Shown here in pieces: positions 26,560-39,404 of a stretch of 64,000 nucleotides of DNA. The stretch lies in NCBI GenBank assembly GCA_051362555.1, contig CM120644.1, forward strand, positions 24,202,534-24,266,533, written 5' to 3'. Position 1 is the first letter of the stretch, and each line of letters begins with the position of its first letter. The position numbers were made by a program, and so were the translations under genes. This DNA is from Lingula anatina (lineage: Eukaryota > Animalia > Brachiopoda). The notes below the pieces were generated by a model that worked only from the letters and a program-made list of their open reading frames with translations, was not told where the DNA came from and made no database searches.

Positions 26560-29015
26560 ATGACCGTCATTTTCTCTCTCCGGACATTGGGAGTACTACT
26601 CGGTGCTGTGATATCACATACTAAGGCACAGAATACGGTAGAGGAACCATCAGCAGAGGTGAGTATAGTGTACTGGTATAACACTATCGGATCCAGGATT
26701 TTGACAATGAGGGGTGGGGGAGGGGAGGGCGTGGCCCAAGAGGAGGGAGGTAACACGTGGGGGTGGGGGTGGGTTGGGGGTGGCACAAGGATTAAAGATG
26801 TTTGCTTTGCCTTGCTCTGCAAATATAGATTAGTAGACTAGTGTAATCTTGTTTAAATATGTTAAGTACTGTAGTGCATAAACTGGGTCTTGGCTGGGGA
26901 AAAGAGATACCTCTGACGGTAAAGAGGGGAGGGGGTATAGCCTGGGCCCGCTATTGTTATTTAAATGACATTTAAAACGATAATGGTCCTTTGCCTTATT
27001 ATAAGTACTGTGCCTGTATTACTCCAGTGCGTTATTTATTGTTTTATATACAGACTTGACATTTAATATGGAATATTTTTTCCAAAACATAATTCATCAA
27101 TTTTTTTCCTATTTTTCTGACTGATAAATGAAAATAAGGATTAAAATCGTGTTTTAATAACTTTTGATAATCTCTTCGATGTCATTGTGACATCAGTTCA
27201 TTAATTGAATTCGTCAGTGAAGCAAACAAAAATACATTGCCTATTTTAAATCATACGACAACCATTGAGAGCGATATTTTGGATCTCCATATTTTCCTAA
27301 TTATTGTCTTTAAAAGAGTTACACGCCCCACACAGGCCCCCCATGTCAGTGTCTAGTCACAGCAACAGTCGCTGTTACGCTTGACCTCATCTTGCTGCTA
27401 CCAGAGCTTTCAAGCCGCAAGGCATTTCTTATGATAGGCTTTTTAGAGTTTAATCTGGAATAAAATTCCAGACTACGGTTAAAACTTGTCCAATCTGGCT
27501 CAGTTTTGATGTAGGACATGCAGGCCGTTGATTCGGCGAGTAATAACCTACCCACATATTGTCTATGTGGTTCAAATATGGCGACTTTGATGACCAAGGT
27601 AGCTACTCATTCCCTTGGTTCTGTAAGTTATCTGCTATTTAATGTGCTCTGTGTGAACCGGCAACCTCACCCTGCAACCTAAAATTGTTCCTAAGGTGCC
27701 CCCTATCAAATAATAGTCAAGTGGTTCCCAGATTATTCCTTTATTTGATCTGGTTCAGGTTTTCATCGATGACTACCATTGCTGTTTTGGCACCAATGTG
27801 GTATCCACTCCAAATACTGACACTGTCAATGACCCTAGTCACTTAAGAAGTGGCACACGTTTCGTCGAAGGCCTCTTCAGAATGTCTGTAAACTCTGTTT
27901 TGACCAGTTTAGCGGTACAGGTGAAAATTGACCTTAATAAAGAAAGCCACGCGGTTTCAGTGTTTGACCCAGAAACTGTCATGGTCCCCAATTCATTAGA
28001 GAAACAGACTAGGCTGCTTTGCTGTTTACAGTGGCTTCCTCAGAGGTCGCCTGGAATCCTAACCTGCTGAAATCAGTTTGGTGTTCGCTAAGAGCCTTGA
28101 AAAACAAGTTTTGGTGACAATTTGTCCCTTATTCAAAACGGACTGGGTGGTTTTGGTTTAATTGCAGCAGCATATCCTGAAGGACAGTGAGTCCTATACA
28201 CTGGTGGTAAGACGTCGATGCATTGGGCTTGGTCTCTGTGTAGTGCCTCAAACAGAACATAACTCTATAAAACTGTGTAGACCGTTCCGTTTGACACAAT
28301 AATCTGTCTGGCAATGTCTGTGTTTTTCGCGCCATTCTGGCACAGCTTAACAATTTTGTAAAACGCTGCTTAACTCATTTTACGCAATGCAAAACCGACC
28401 GCTGGCATGCAAAATTTCAAATTCTTCTATGCAGTATTTGCCGACATATGGATACTTTTTTGACAGAACCATCCTTCGCCAAAGCCAAGCTTTGACTAGC
28501 CAAAAGGAACACTGCCCAATTAAATTACTGCATATTACACAAGGCAGCAGTGCAACAGACTTGGTAGTCAGTTAATTGGCAGCGACACACCTGACTTTAC
28601 ACTTCTCCAGTCAGATGTCTTATATGAAATCTGAATTTCTTTTTAAAAGAACGCATTTTTACCTAGGTATACCTTCAAAACTGAAATATTCCATATTAAA
28701 TGTCAAGTCTGTATATCATATGATAATAAGATTGTCATCTCTCATATTTTTTAGTAAACTACAGTAGCAATAAGTTGTATTTGAAAAATAAGCATATTTC
28801 AACACTGGAATCCCATACATAGGAAGAGCGTATGTAGGGTATATCAAGATTGTCATAACGTATCTTTGCCGTGACATTTAATACAAATGCAATGGAAGGC
28901 GTCTGTTTTAAAGCGATATCTGTACATTAATATTTTCTTCTGTATTTTTGTGTTTCTCGGCCTTTATTTATTTATTAATTAGTTTATTAATTAGTTTATT
29001 TATCTTTTTATTTAT

Positions 29016-29077
<62 letters not shown>

Positions 29078-32000
29078 TTATTTATTTATTTTATGTGCAG
29101 GTGGTTCTCCCCTGGAATTATGAAAGATACTACAGCACGTCACCTAGCAGCCAGTCTGTTACCACGGCAACAGTTGCCACGACAACTGAATCTAACTCCC
29201 TTTGGTCATCAGATGCAGACTTTTGGGACCAGTATTCAGAATATTTCCAAAGTCTTAATGTTGCTGCATCTCCAGACGAGAATAGTGCAGAGGCACAATA
29301 CTCCACGACGCCAGCTACTACACGTGCTGCGCCAACCACTACGCAGGCGCAGCATGACGAAGAACATGCGATAGGGGGCGACACATACTCTGACTACTGG
29401 ACGATGTTTCAGCAGTTGTTTGCACCCGACCAATACAGCAGCCAACCGACCACGCCCATCACAACCGTTATGACCACTACAACAACAACACCGACACCAA
29501 CTCCCACCGTGCCGACAACAGTAAAGTTATCAGTAAACGACCCGTATCAGGCAGGAGCAGGTCAAGCTTCAGATGACCCATATAACAACTACTGGTCATC
29601 ATTTATGAAAGTCCTAAAGGAAATATACCAATGGCAGGCCACCAATTCTGTTCGAGCTGTTACAACATCGGATTCATATCAGCCGGGGAGCGTGGAAGAG
29701 CCGAGCACTGAGAACGGCCTGATCCAAACCGATGCAACACCGGCTGAAAATCAGGACATCGATTATGTCTCCCAAACTCCAGTCCCAGCCAGCTCTGTGG
29801 AATCAAAGAAAGCTGCTGTTCAGGGGTCAGCCCAAGTTGGTTCTCCGTCCCAAAGCAATTCAATAGTTTACCGAGAACAGCCACCAGCAACACCGGCTGA
29901 AAGTGATCCTGCTTCGGTGTATCAAGGAACCCTTACAGGAACACCAGATGAAATCCAGTCTGCTGGGTCAATTCAGGCATCTTCTGCAGAACACAGTTAT
30001 CAGGGCGTTGAACCACCAGCGCCATCTGATGTGAGTTATCAAGGAAACGAGCCAGCAACCCTGGCGGAAAGTCAGCCCACTCAGCTGTACCAAGATTTGG
30101 AACCGGCGTCCCCGGATGAAGGTGCTCTAGTTACAAATAATCAAATACTCCATTCAGGGACTCCAGAAGAGGGCAGCACTATCACCAAGTTCCAGTCAGA
30201 CATATCAGCCCTTACAGCGGCAGGCATGCCTGTGGCATCTCCAGATGAAGGCACTCCTGCCACAGTGACATACCGAGGAACTGAACCAGGTACGGTCTCT
30301 GAGAGTCAGACGGTGGAGGCCTACATAGCCGCCAACCCTGTCAACCCGCCTGTAAGCCAAACCCAGCATCATGGATACCGTCCTAATAACATGCACCGAC
30401 CTCCAATACCCACTGCTACCGCACAGCGACCCACCTCCGGGACAACCCTTAGTTATCCTATATACCACGAGCAGCAAGTGTCAGCGGGAGAAGCAGATAC
30501 ACACAATTCATACATTCCCCCCTCCCACAAGTCACAGGAGGGAAGCTATGCAACAAGTCAACACAATACTCAATCGATGTCCTACCAGCATCCCTCAATG
30601 TCAACATATAGCACCGTAGCGACCACCACAACGACAACAGCGACGCCTATCGTGAACCTTTACCCTCGTGTTGCAGAACAAGAGCCAAATTACGCTGTCC
30701 CACAACAAGAAGCTACCCAGGGTTTGCCTTATGAGTGGATCTCCCCTTGGACGCTGTCAACCACTACCCCATTTCCGCCGACATATGGGACGACCTATTA
30801 CCAGTCAACGCCGTCATCCACCTACTCTCAGCCTGTAGAGTCCACAACCCGTCCTGCGCCTCCTCCCGTTACCATGACTACCACGCCAGCTCCTAGTTAT
30901 TGGGACAACAGCGGTCCTGATTTTGCCGGTTTACCCAATCATCCACCGACAAGCTTAAAAACACACGAAGAAGGCAGCGGGTACAGTACAAACGGTCAAA
31001 AACACAGGCCATATGTTTCTCCAGTAGTTCATGAAAATTCTGGTATTTATGCACAGAGGCCGTCCACAGAACCACCGATGAAGCTCCACGAGCCACGTTA
31101 CGTCTATTACCCTAAGAGGCCAAGGTCCAGAAAGGAATTAGTGCGTGACCCTAGAACCGGCCTGCTTAATTCACCCCCTGAATATCGCCCTCGACCCAAA
31201 CCTATTGTCATGACAACAACCATAGCTCCTCCGTTGTCAAGGAGACTGCCATATGGCGCCCCCTATGGACAAGCCCGGATGGATCCGGTGTCGGAGTACA
31301 GGGCGCAGAATCCTATAGGCAGAAACGCTGCTATGATGGGGATCCTGATGCCGGATGCGTATGAGCATTTCCATGGTAACAGCTTGGAGTATGGATCATA
31401 TCAGGACGTGCGTCCAAGGCAGTATACAGGTGGGCGTGGCGGGCCAGACCATGCCTCGTGGGAAGTGGTGAACAACGTGGGGAAATGCAGACATATAGGT
31501 GAGTGTTTTGTGGTTTGCTGTTCGTATTGTTGCGCCACTCATGTGTATGCCTGGCATAAAGGTATGCCTGGCATATAGTGATTATGCCTAAAAGTCCCCT
31601 CTCTCTCTATCCCTACCCTGACCCTACGCTGTCTTTTAGTTTAAGCCCGGCCCAAGGTGAAATGTTGCCTTCCTTTTTCCGAAATTCCAATAGGCTTGAA
31701 TAGTAAAGCTATAGAGGTTATGTTACCATTTCAATGTCTATTGATGACTTCTCCCAATGTCATTTAGTCAATTTGCTCCCACATATTTCAATGTGATACA
31801 GGATGCTAACTCATTCAGAATTATGCACCCTATTCAAAATGTTCTACATGGACCTAATTTTTTAAAACTATTTTTATATTTAAAAAAATATCCAAAATTG
31901 ATTCTTTATTCCGGTACAATGCAAGTTATAATACGTTTCCATTCCCTTAAGTATGTTATAACTCACTGGTTTTTATAGCCATGTTATCAATGTCAGTAGT

Positions 32001-32255
32001 ACGTTGAGTACGTTTTATTTGCTTCTCTACACTATCATGTGTACATATCCTGTTGATATTTCAGCCGGAGCCTGCTACCTACGAGACCCAGGTCTCTACC
32101 CACACCCTAATAGACGCTGTTTCATCCAGTGTGACTATGCAGGGGGTAGTCACGTGCAGGAATGTCCCCCGGGGACACTGTGGGGTGGCACCTCCACGAG
32201 ACCCGCAGGGTACAACATGTGTACCGCCAAGGCAAGGGCTCACGGAGCTTATTGA
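26560..32255 (+). CDS. Secreted mucin-like Ser/Thr/Pro/Gln/Tyr-rich protein with C-terminal chitin-binding type-2-like domain, ~895 aa
   Basis: Exons 26560-26658 (signal peptide, GAG|GTGAGT, phase 0), 29101-31498 (2.4-kb low-complexity exon, phase 1) and 32065-32255 (CYLRDPGLYPHPNRRCFIQC...ECPPGTLW...MC); AATAAA at 32341. Confidence 0.85.
27051..28711 (-). mobile_element. Full-length Tc1/mariner-superfamily element (1661 bp) in intron 1 of the mucin-like gene
   Basis: Perfect 28-bp TIR CAGACTTGACATTTAATATGGAATATTT with TA on both sides; internal decayed transposase. Confidence 0.92.
27346..28408 (-). pseudogene. Decayed Tc1 transposase
   Basis: Manual minus-strand translation gives HTH KIVKLCQNGAKNTDIARQIIVSNGTVY, RPLRKPL, GQNRVYR..EEAF..TC, SVSIWSG, LQGEVAGSHRA, LPWSSKSPYLNHIDNMW (cf. 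WPxxSPDLNPIE) and terminal VTRH*; many internal stops. Confidence 0.88.
29019..29073. repeat. (TA)n microsatellite next to the splice acceptor
   Basis: Direct reading; it produces the spurious IYIYIY N-terminus in the ORF track. Confidence 0.95.
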
Positions 32256-34599
32256 AAACAATCTACTCGTATTTATTTAGTGACCTTGATCTTGACCTTG
32301 ACCAACAAGTCGCTGGATCGTTTCTTTTCACAGGAACATAAATAAACAAATAAATTTTAATGTATCAATTAAGCAACGACACGACTGATATCCATTCGGG
32401 TTAAATAATGATCTCTCTGCCCCAGATGCCATCTGCCGGTTAAAATTAGATTTAAATGACGAGGAATTGTTGACATTGGTTGTTACTGTCAGGGGATGTT
32501 CCGTGTATTACTAGGAATTAGAAGAGGTTTAAGAGCGTCCCTGGTGTATTTTAATTTAAAAGTGCTCTTATATGGCTTATGTACAAGTCTTATATACTCA
32601 GTACTATGTAGTATTTATGGTGTTGTAATAAACGTGTACCGTATTTTGAACAAGGGGGATAAAAACCTGTAGATTGGCTATGTGTTCCTGCATCAATGTA
32701 TTAAAACAGAAATATCAATTAGGAATCACAGAGGTTAAAAGACACAGTAGGGACAGTTGGAAAAAATAAGAAAGAATGTGCGGTCGATTAAGCATGACAT
32801 TGTGGTATGATTATGTCAGCAGCTTGCACATCTACTGCAATGCATTTGTATTTACATGTACAAGTACCTGCATGGTCTTTTTGGGTTCTCCTTCTTTCAT
32901 GGGACCTGGACCAGTTGCCTTCATGGTCAAATTGATTTAACGCTTAGTTTTATTCGCTTGAATATATCTAATGCGGACTAATTCAAAACGTCACACGAGT
33001 TACACGGCTGTATGTGGAAAGAGCCATCCCTTTCCTCGGTGCATCGATAGTGTGCTAATGCACTCAGAAAATTACTGAGTGGCCACACCCCTGTATCGGT
33101 GCAAAAATTAGAAATCACACAGAAGTTACAGAATTTGCACTTTGTGTGAAATAAGAAGGAATGTAGGTCCATTTGGCATGAGACTGTGACAGCCGTGCAA
33201 GCAGCACAACTACTGCAATGATGTACCTTAACCAGTATCAAGCACTTTTTGTTGCTTGGACACCCAAGTCAGTTACTCATTCAGTGAAATCATTTTATCC
33301 AGTCAAAATGTTCAGCGTGACACCCAAAGCATTTAGACTGTCATGACGTCCAGGCAACATCGACACCATTTGTAAGTGTCTACGTAAATATCCTGAGCTT
33401 GTCTTGTGTCATCTCCTTTTTTATTATTTATTTATTTATTATAATCATTATTATTATCATTAATACTGTCAATCAAGGCAATTTTTCTTTCCACTCAGTT
33501 TGCTCTGTAGAAGCATTAATATGGCTTAATGACCAATGAATGTTGTCAGTTTGACACCAATACATTAGACATGATTTTCATGTTTGTTCCTGTTTGAAAT
33601 AAACAGAAGTCAGCGAGATACTGCTTTCGTCTTTACTACATCCCCAGTGTGGTTTTTAAGTTGGTTAACTAGTCAATTCATCCTTTACAACCAACTTATG
33701 CACAAAGCGTTTGATGTGAAGTGTGTGGGATTATATTGTATTACATCATTGTTTCGATACAAAACAGGTCTGGGAATTGCGTCACTGAGTTTACATCAGA
33801 AGAGAAGTAAACATATCAGGGTCATCCGGGGCTGTAAACTTGTAGATACACATAAAGCGACATAGAAAAGAAATGGTGGAAATATGAGTAGCAAAGACAC
33901 ATTCAGTAATGACACGAACTGATATAATGAAAAAAAAAATCACAGCAGACGTACATTTTTGTTCACATTGAAAAATATGTAGGCCTATATGTGCACATAG
34001 TGTGTACATGCTTTATTTATTTTATATAATTAATTGCGTGTGTAGGTGTACAAGAGGCCAGTTGAATCGTAATAGTCGTATCTGAATATTTTCCGTCCAG
34101 CCTTTTTCCTTTGAAAAATATTAAACTGTCTTTTTTATTTTCCGAATCATTCCTATCCAACCCTGCACATGGATTCTAAATTTTGTTCCGTGTCTTATTT
34201 AAGTATTTCGTTTTACGTTACGGCGAGTCATTTTGACTTACGAGACAAGGCACTTTAATACAAGTTGCAGAATGTGTGAACAAAGAGAAAAATACTTTTT
34301 TTGTCTCAAAAGACATTTCGTACAGCCGCTGGTACCTTTAAGCGTATGACTGTGGCACGGTAACTAAAGGTATAAAGTATTGTTTGTTAACAAAACGGCG
34401 TGCGCTAATCGTGTTTATTCTTTATTGTAACGTATCAAGGTCGGCAAAGATTGCAGATATATCACGCTTGCCTTCATTTGAATCCTGGTGACGTAAATGC
34501 AGGCGAGTTGATCGCTAACGACAGAGACGCAGTATGGCTTAATTTCACAGTGCAAGCGTCTCACTTTGTACCAGTACAATCTTAGAGAGCACTTTACCG

Positions 34600-34899
34600 G
34601 TAAGTACTATTAGTAGGACAATTTACATCACATACGAGTGTCTGCTTAAAACAAAATTGATTTCAGATTTTTTAAACACCTTTTTTAGAAAAAATGGTTA
34701 AATCCATCAATTTGGGAGGAAGTCGGTCGGTTGATCAGTTAGTCAAGCAGTTATTCATCTAGTCAGTGGCTCAGTATGTTTTTGTGCATGATCCCTGCAC
34801 CGCCCCGTTTCACTGCTTGCCAATCTTAAATATGTTTTCTTTGAAATCTACAGAAAGTGAAGCGTATCGACTTACCTACCCATTTACCCGTCATAACAG
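34600..34899 (+). other. 5'-UTR intron of acyltransferase copy 1 (homologous introns at 40447-40953, 48979-49485, 53117-53468)
   Basis: CCG|GTAAGT donor and TAACAG| acceptor 20 nt before the ATG; an equivalent donor (G|GTAGGT), acceptor and upstream exon sequence are conserved in the other three copies. Confidence 0.65.
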
Positions 34900-34919
34900 T
34901 TCAAGAAACCACGTCGATA

Positions 34920-36317
34920 ATGGCAAATAACATTATTCGCCCACTTGGACGTATCGAAACCAACAGCGCTTTGATGCATGAGGAAAACGTCAATACAGTT
35001 GCTTTTACCACGTGGTTCACCTCAAAAAGGTTGATAACAGATGGTGTCTGGAAACAGTGTCTCAGGCAACTGCAAAGAGACATTCCGCATCTTCGACTGG
35101 TCATAGTTTGGCAAGAAGGGAAGAGACACTTCAAGTATATGGACATCCCTCGTGTAGACATCGAGCTGATTGAAGGGACGGCAGAAGATGACTGGGAGAA
35201 GGTCCACGAGGATATGATGCGCGTGAGCTTTGACACAGCCAATGGTCCTCTTTGGAGGGTGAGAGTAGTGCGCATGCCCAAACGAAATGCTGACTCTAGA
35301 ACAGAGGGATATGCCGTAAATGAAAACGACCTGTTTAACAGCGTAGTCGTATTTGGGGTCCATCACTCTATCATGGATGGAACCTCCAGTCTGTATATGT
35401 TACGCAGGCTAATTAATATTCTAAACGCCGCCACGTCGGGTGTTCCCTGTGAGGATGGCGAAGACGTGATGCTTCAGCCAGCTTTAGAAGATCTTTTGCC
35501 ACGTGTTGACATGGCATTTAATTGGCGAGATTACATCCAAGTAGCAATTTTAAAGCTTATGGAGTGGTTTCCAAGCAAGAGTCTTTATATGAAGCGATTC
35601 CCGCCACCGACTGCAGTAGGTGATACATATACAAAAACAGTGGCGGTTGAATTTTCAATTCCAGAAACTGAGAGAATTCTAGCAAAATGTAAGGATCATG
35701 GGACAACTGTTCATGGTATCTTCTTTGCCGCTGCATCCATGGCCATGGCCAGTCTGGTAAATGATGGAAAACCTCACAGCGTTTTGAACATAGGTTCTAC
35801 TCACGCTGTTAACATGCGGCGTTTTCTTCCACCCGAATTAAAAACTGCTTTTGGTCTTTTGGTTTGGATACCTGCTGTCACATTAATGACTCCAACCACT
35901 GTGGCGTATTCTGCCTTATGGAGACTTGCAAAGAATGCAACCCAAGTTGTTCACTCCGCACTTAGAAATGGAGACGTCACGCAGTCTTATAAAATAGAGA
36001 AATACATGGGTGACGACAGCGTGAAGCGCATGCTAGCCTATCCGGATTGTACAATGGAATTTTTTATGTCCAATATCGGAGACTGTGACAAGTTATGTCC
36101 TCCTGGCGGAAAAGACGACGAGGTTCACGCTACAAGAATTGTCACGTCCACCGCGTCGCTTAGGTATCCTGCGCCGTTTGTGCACTTTTTGCACAAATTC
36201 CGAGGTCGATTCTGCTACAATGTAGACTACTGCACCAACAGGGTGAGTGATACCAACGCCCACAAATACGCTGAGCTGACCGTGGAGTTGATGAAGATGG
36301 CAGCAGGAGACGAATAG
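34920..36317 (+). CDS. HHxxxDG acyltransferase (stand-alone condensation-domain / alcohol acetyltransferase / PapA5-like), copy 1, 465 aa
   Basis: Uninterrupted ORF from MANNIIRPLGRIET; family motifs RxLGxxE, FDTANGPLWRV, catalytic HHSIMDG, CKDHGTTVHG, VNMRRFL, SNIG. Confidence 0.88.
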   Translation: MANNIIRPLGRIETNSALMHEENVNTVAFTTWFTSKRLITDGVWKQCLRQLQRDIPHLRLVIVWQEGKRHFKYMDIPRVDIELIEGTAEDDWEKVHEDMMRVSFDTANGPLWRVRVVRMPKRNADSRTEGYAVNENDLFNSVVVFGVHHSIMDGTSSLYMLRRLINILNAATSGVPCEDGEDVMLQPALEDLLPRVDMAFNWRDYIQVAILKLMEWFPSKSLYMKRFPPPTAVGDTYTKTVAVEFSIPETERILAKCKDHGTTVHGIFFAAASMAMASLVNDGKPHSVLNIGSTHAVNMRRFLPPELKTAFGLLVWIPAVTLMTPTTVAYSALWRLAKNATQVVHSALRNGDVTQSYKIEKYMGDDSVKRMLAYPDCTMEFFMSNIGDCDKLCPPGGKDDEVHATRIVTSTASLRYPAPFVHFLHKFRGRFCYNVDYCTNRVSDTNAHKYAELTVELMKMAAGDE

Positions 36318-37100
36318 ACATAGAGATAATTGGAATTAAGTTTTTCTGTTTTGCCCTATTTGAATTTGAGAAAAAAAAAACAACTAAGTTAATATAAGTG
36401 ACTGAGTTAATATAGGCATTTCAAGCTGAGTGTGAGGTGCTGCGACGGTATGGGGCAGAGAACGACCAAAATGCAGCTTAGGAGTTGTACTGGTGTATAA
36501 GTTTGGCATCTGGCACAAAATATCACAGTGGCGTGCAAATCGAAGAATACAATAATAACATAAATGAATAAACAAACCAGAAAATAGTCATGATGTTTTC
36601 ACACACTCATCTTTTTGGAGAGTTGGTTTATGCTTTTCAGGCGGCCATGGCTGATTAGAGAGAGGACATATTAGAGAGGTCATGCATATATTAGGTCACG
36701 TAAGATAACCTATAACCAACTATGCTTAAATACCCATGATGTGTTACACTTTTTATTTAATGCAGGGTTACTTAGCAAATACAGATCGCATCTATAACAG
36801 CACCATAACGCCTACATAAGTATAAGCTTTATGGTAATGTTTATGCTGGGAAGATGAATATTTTGAATTATAAAGCTTCTTTTGCTATTTGCCTAGTACC
36901 AATAGTGTCCAATAGTCATGGAACTTTGGACATTGATACTTTATACTAATTAAGCAAATTCAATTGCGTCCACACAGGTGATGATGTGTACTGCATGAAT
37001 GAAATTATTACTAACTAATTATAATTATGTATAACTAACCTCATGTAAGCCAGAGTTTTGGTATGATGATTCCTTGTATTATCCATGCAATAAGCGTTGT

Positions 37101-37102
<2 letters not shown>

Positions 37103-37184
<82 letters not shown>
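37103..37184. repeat. (TA)n microsatellite (shorter duplicate at 45649-45721)
   Basis: Direct reading. Confidence 0.95.
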
Positions 37185-37186
<2 letters not shown>

Positions 37187-38379
37187 GGCTACATATGGTA
37201 AGATGCACACGATATTATCATCTGTTTGCACACTGGATTCATTGTTTTGCAAATAGAGATGAAAATAATGAAAAATAGCCAATTTCAGACAGAGTCAAGA
37301 GGCAAAACGGAGGACGAGTAGTTTATTAAAATATTGACAGTAACATCAAAGTAAACCCTTAGAAAATTGTGAAATATTTACAGAAAATAATCATATATTC
37401 TTACAACTTTACTTATCTCATCATCAAATAGTTTACGAAGCTGAATATCTGCGTTTCCTTAGTTTACTTGAGATCGTTTTAAAACGTACATGAAGTCTTT
37501 ATTTATTTGATGAAATATTTCAAAAGGGACTTTTTTTGTCTTCTTAATAACAAACCTTTTAATACCATTCATCCACTCGTGGCAAAAGCATTACTAAAGT
37601 GGACTTCAGTTTGGAAGTACGTGGCCACACCCTACCATGTATAACGGGTAGTAAATTGTGATATGAGAGGTCCACACCCACTGTCAGCCTGGAGATGACG
37701 CTGAACATTTGGCTGATATATACATTACGTGTCCTTTCAGGTTTTATTTTTTTTAACTTGGCACAAACGTTATTTGAACTAAGCAGATCATTTTCAATGC
37801 AAATTTCAACACTTGTTGCTAGAGTAATATATATGCTATCTAGCAAATGTGGTTTAGGTTAATTTGGGTTTTAATGGCCGCAAAATAGTCTGTAGCTAGT
37901 TCTACAGGTAATACCCTAAAACCAGTTTTTAATCATTTAAACTGGACAAAAAAGGTCGTATTGTAACTAAGGTAAATTACTTCCCTAACAACCATTTCTA
38001 AGCAACATTTTGGAATTTTGAACTCTACCCTTGAAAATGATCAGCATAGTCCTTAGAACATTTGTGCTAAGTCTGATTCTTTTTCCACATTCTGAGCAAC
38101 GTTGACAATCAGCGCAATCATCTAGACTAAAGGAACGCTCTAAATATATCAGTAATAAGAGGCATGTAACATTGACACATTACTACGTAAAAAGGGTCGA
38201 CGTTCAAAGAGGTCAGAGTTGGGGCATTTACTGGATAATAAAATTATGAAATTTATTCAAATAATTTGAACCTTGAATAGTTATTTGATGATATGTATGA
38301 ATTATTCTGCCTCAAACTATAAACCACATAAATGTCATAACAGTAGCATATGGTAAAATAATTGGAAGGAATTAGTCTT

Positions 38380-39404
38380 TTAGTCTTTTACGTTCTTATT
38401 TTACAGGCCGGTCACAGCAGGTTATGATAAAAGGCATATTATCAAATGCTTCAGAGATAGCTTTTGGTGTGCCACAAGGCAGTGTTCTAGGACCTCTTGT
38501 TTTTTGCATGTATACCTTACCAATTGGGGCCATATTAAGACATCATAACATTGGCTATCATATTTATGCTGATGACACACAGATTTTTACTTGTTGCAAT
38601 TTAGAAAATCCAAATGAATCTATTGATATATTGTCTGAATGTATTGATGATCTTCGCGGGTGGCTGATTAGTAATATGTTGAAAATTAGCGATTTAAAGT
38701 CTGAACTTTTGGTAATAAGTCAGCCACATAATAGTATGATAGCACAACAAATTCCGCTCAAAATTGGATCAAGCATTATTAAGCCAACACCTCATGCAAA
38801 AAATCTTGGTGTATTTTTAGATGGATCACTTTGTATCAACAAACATATTGCCAGTGAATGCAGGTCAGCGGTTTTTAACATTAGGAACGTAAGTGCAATT
38901 CACAATCAGTTGTCTGACTCTGCTGCAGCCACAGTTAGTTACTGTTAGTTACATCTCGATTAGATTACTGTAACTCCATTTTATACGGTTGTCCAAAGAA
39001 ACAAATTGCTAGACTGCAGCGCATTCAAAACATTTCGGCCAGATTATTAACTCGGACATCCACAAGTAAAAAACATCTCCCTAGTTTTAAAAAGTTTACA
39101 CTGGCTACCTCTACAAGCCAGAATTTTATTCAATTTTTTTAGTTTTTACTCACGATGCTTTTTATGGATTGGCACCAATCTACATCAATGAATTAGTCAG
39201 TCACTATGTTCCAATGCGAAATCTGTAGACCAATTGCTACTCAACCCAGTAAAAATGCGATTAAAAACCTACGGTGATATATCTTTTAGAGCTGCAGGTC
39301 CAAAGGAATGGAATCTATTACCGCTGGAAATCCGAGCAATTCAGTCTACCAAACATTTTAAAAAAGAACTCAAAACATACCTTTTTAGGAAATATTTTGA
39401 TTAA
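38380..39404 (+). mobile_element. 5'-truncated, frameshifted L2/CR1-group LINE (RT and C-terminal ORF2)
   Basis: RSYFTGRSQQV, GVPQGSVLGP, YADD, KNLGVFLD, then in shifted frames SRLDYCNS, LQRIQN, LHWLP, AAGPKEWNLLP, FKKELKTYLF. Confidence 0.92.

Noticed and set aside
28948-29100. Hydrophobic N-terminus (IYIYIY) of the 876-aa ORF as a signal or TM segment
   Set aside because: It is translated intronic (TA)n/(TTTA)n; the exon starts after the acceptor at 29100 and the signal peptide is at 26560.
38424-38948. Reverse transcriptase as a functional part of the cluster (retron/DGR-like)
   Set aside because: It is a 5'-truncated, frameshifted L2/CR1 ORF2, duplicated passively with the segment.
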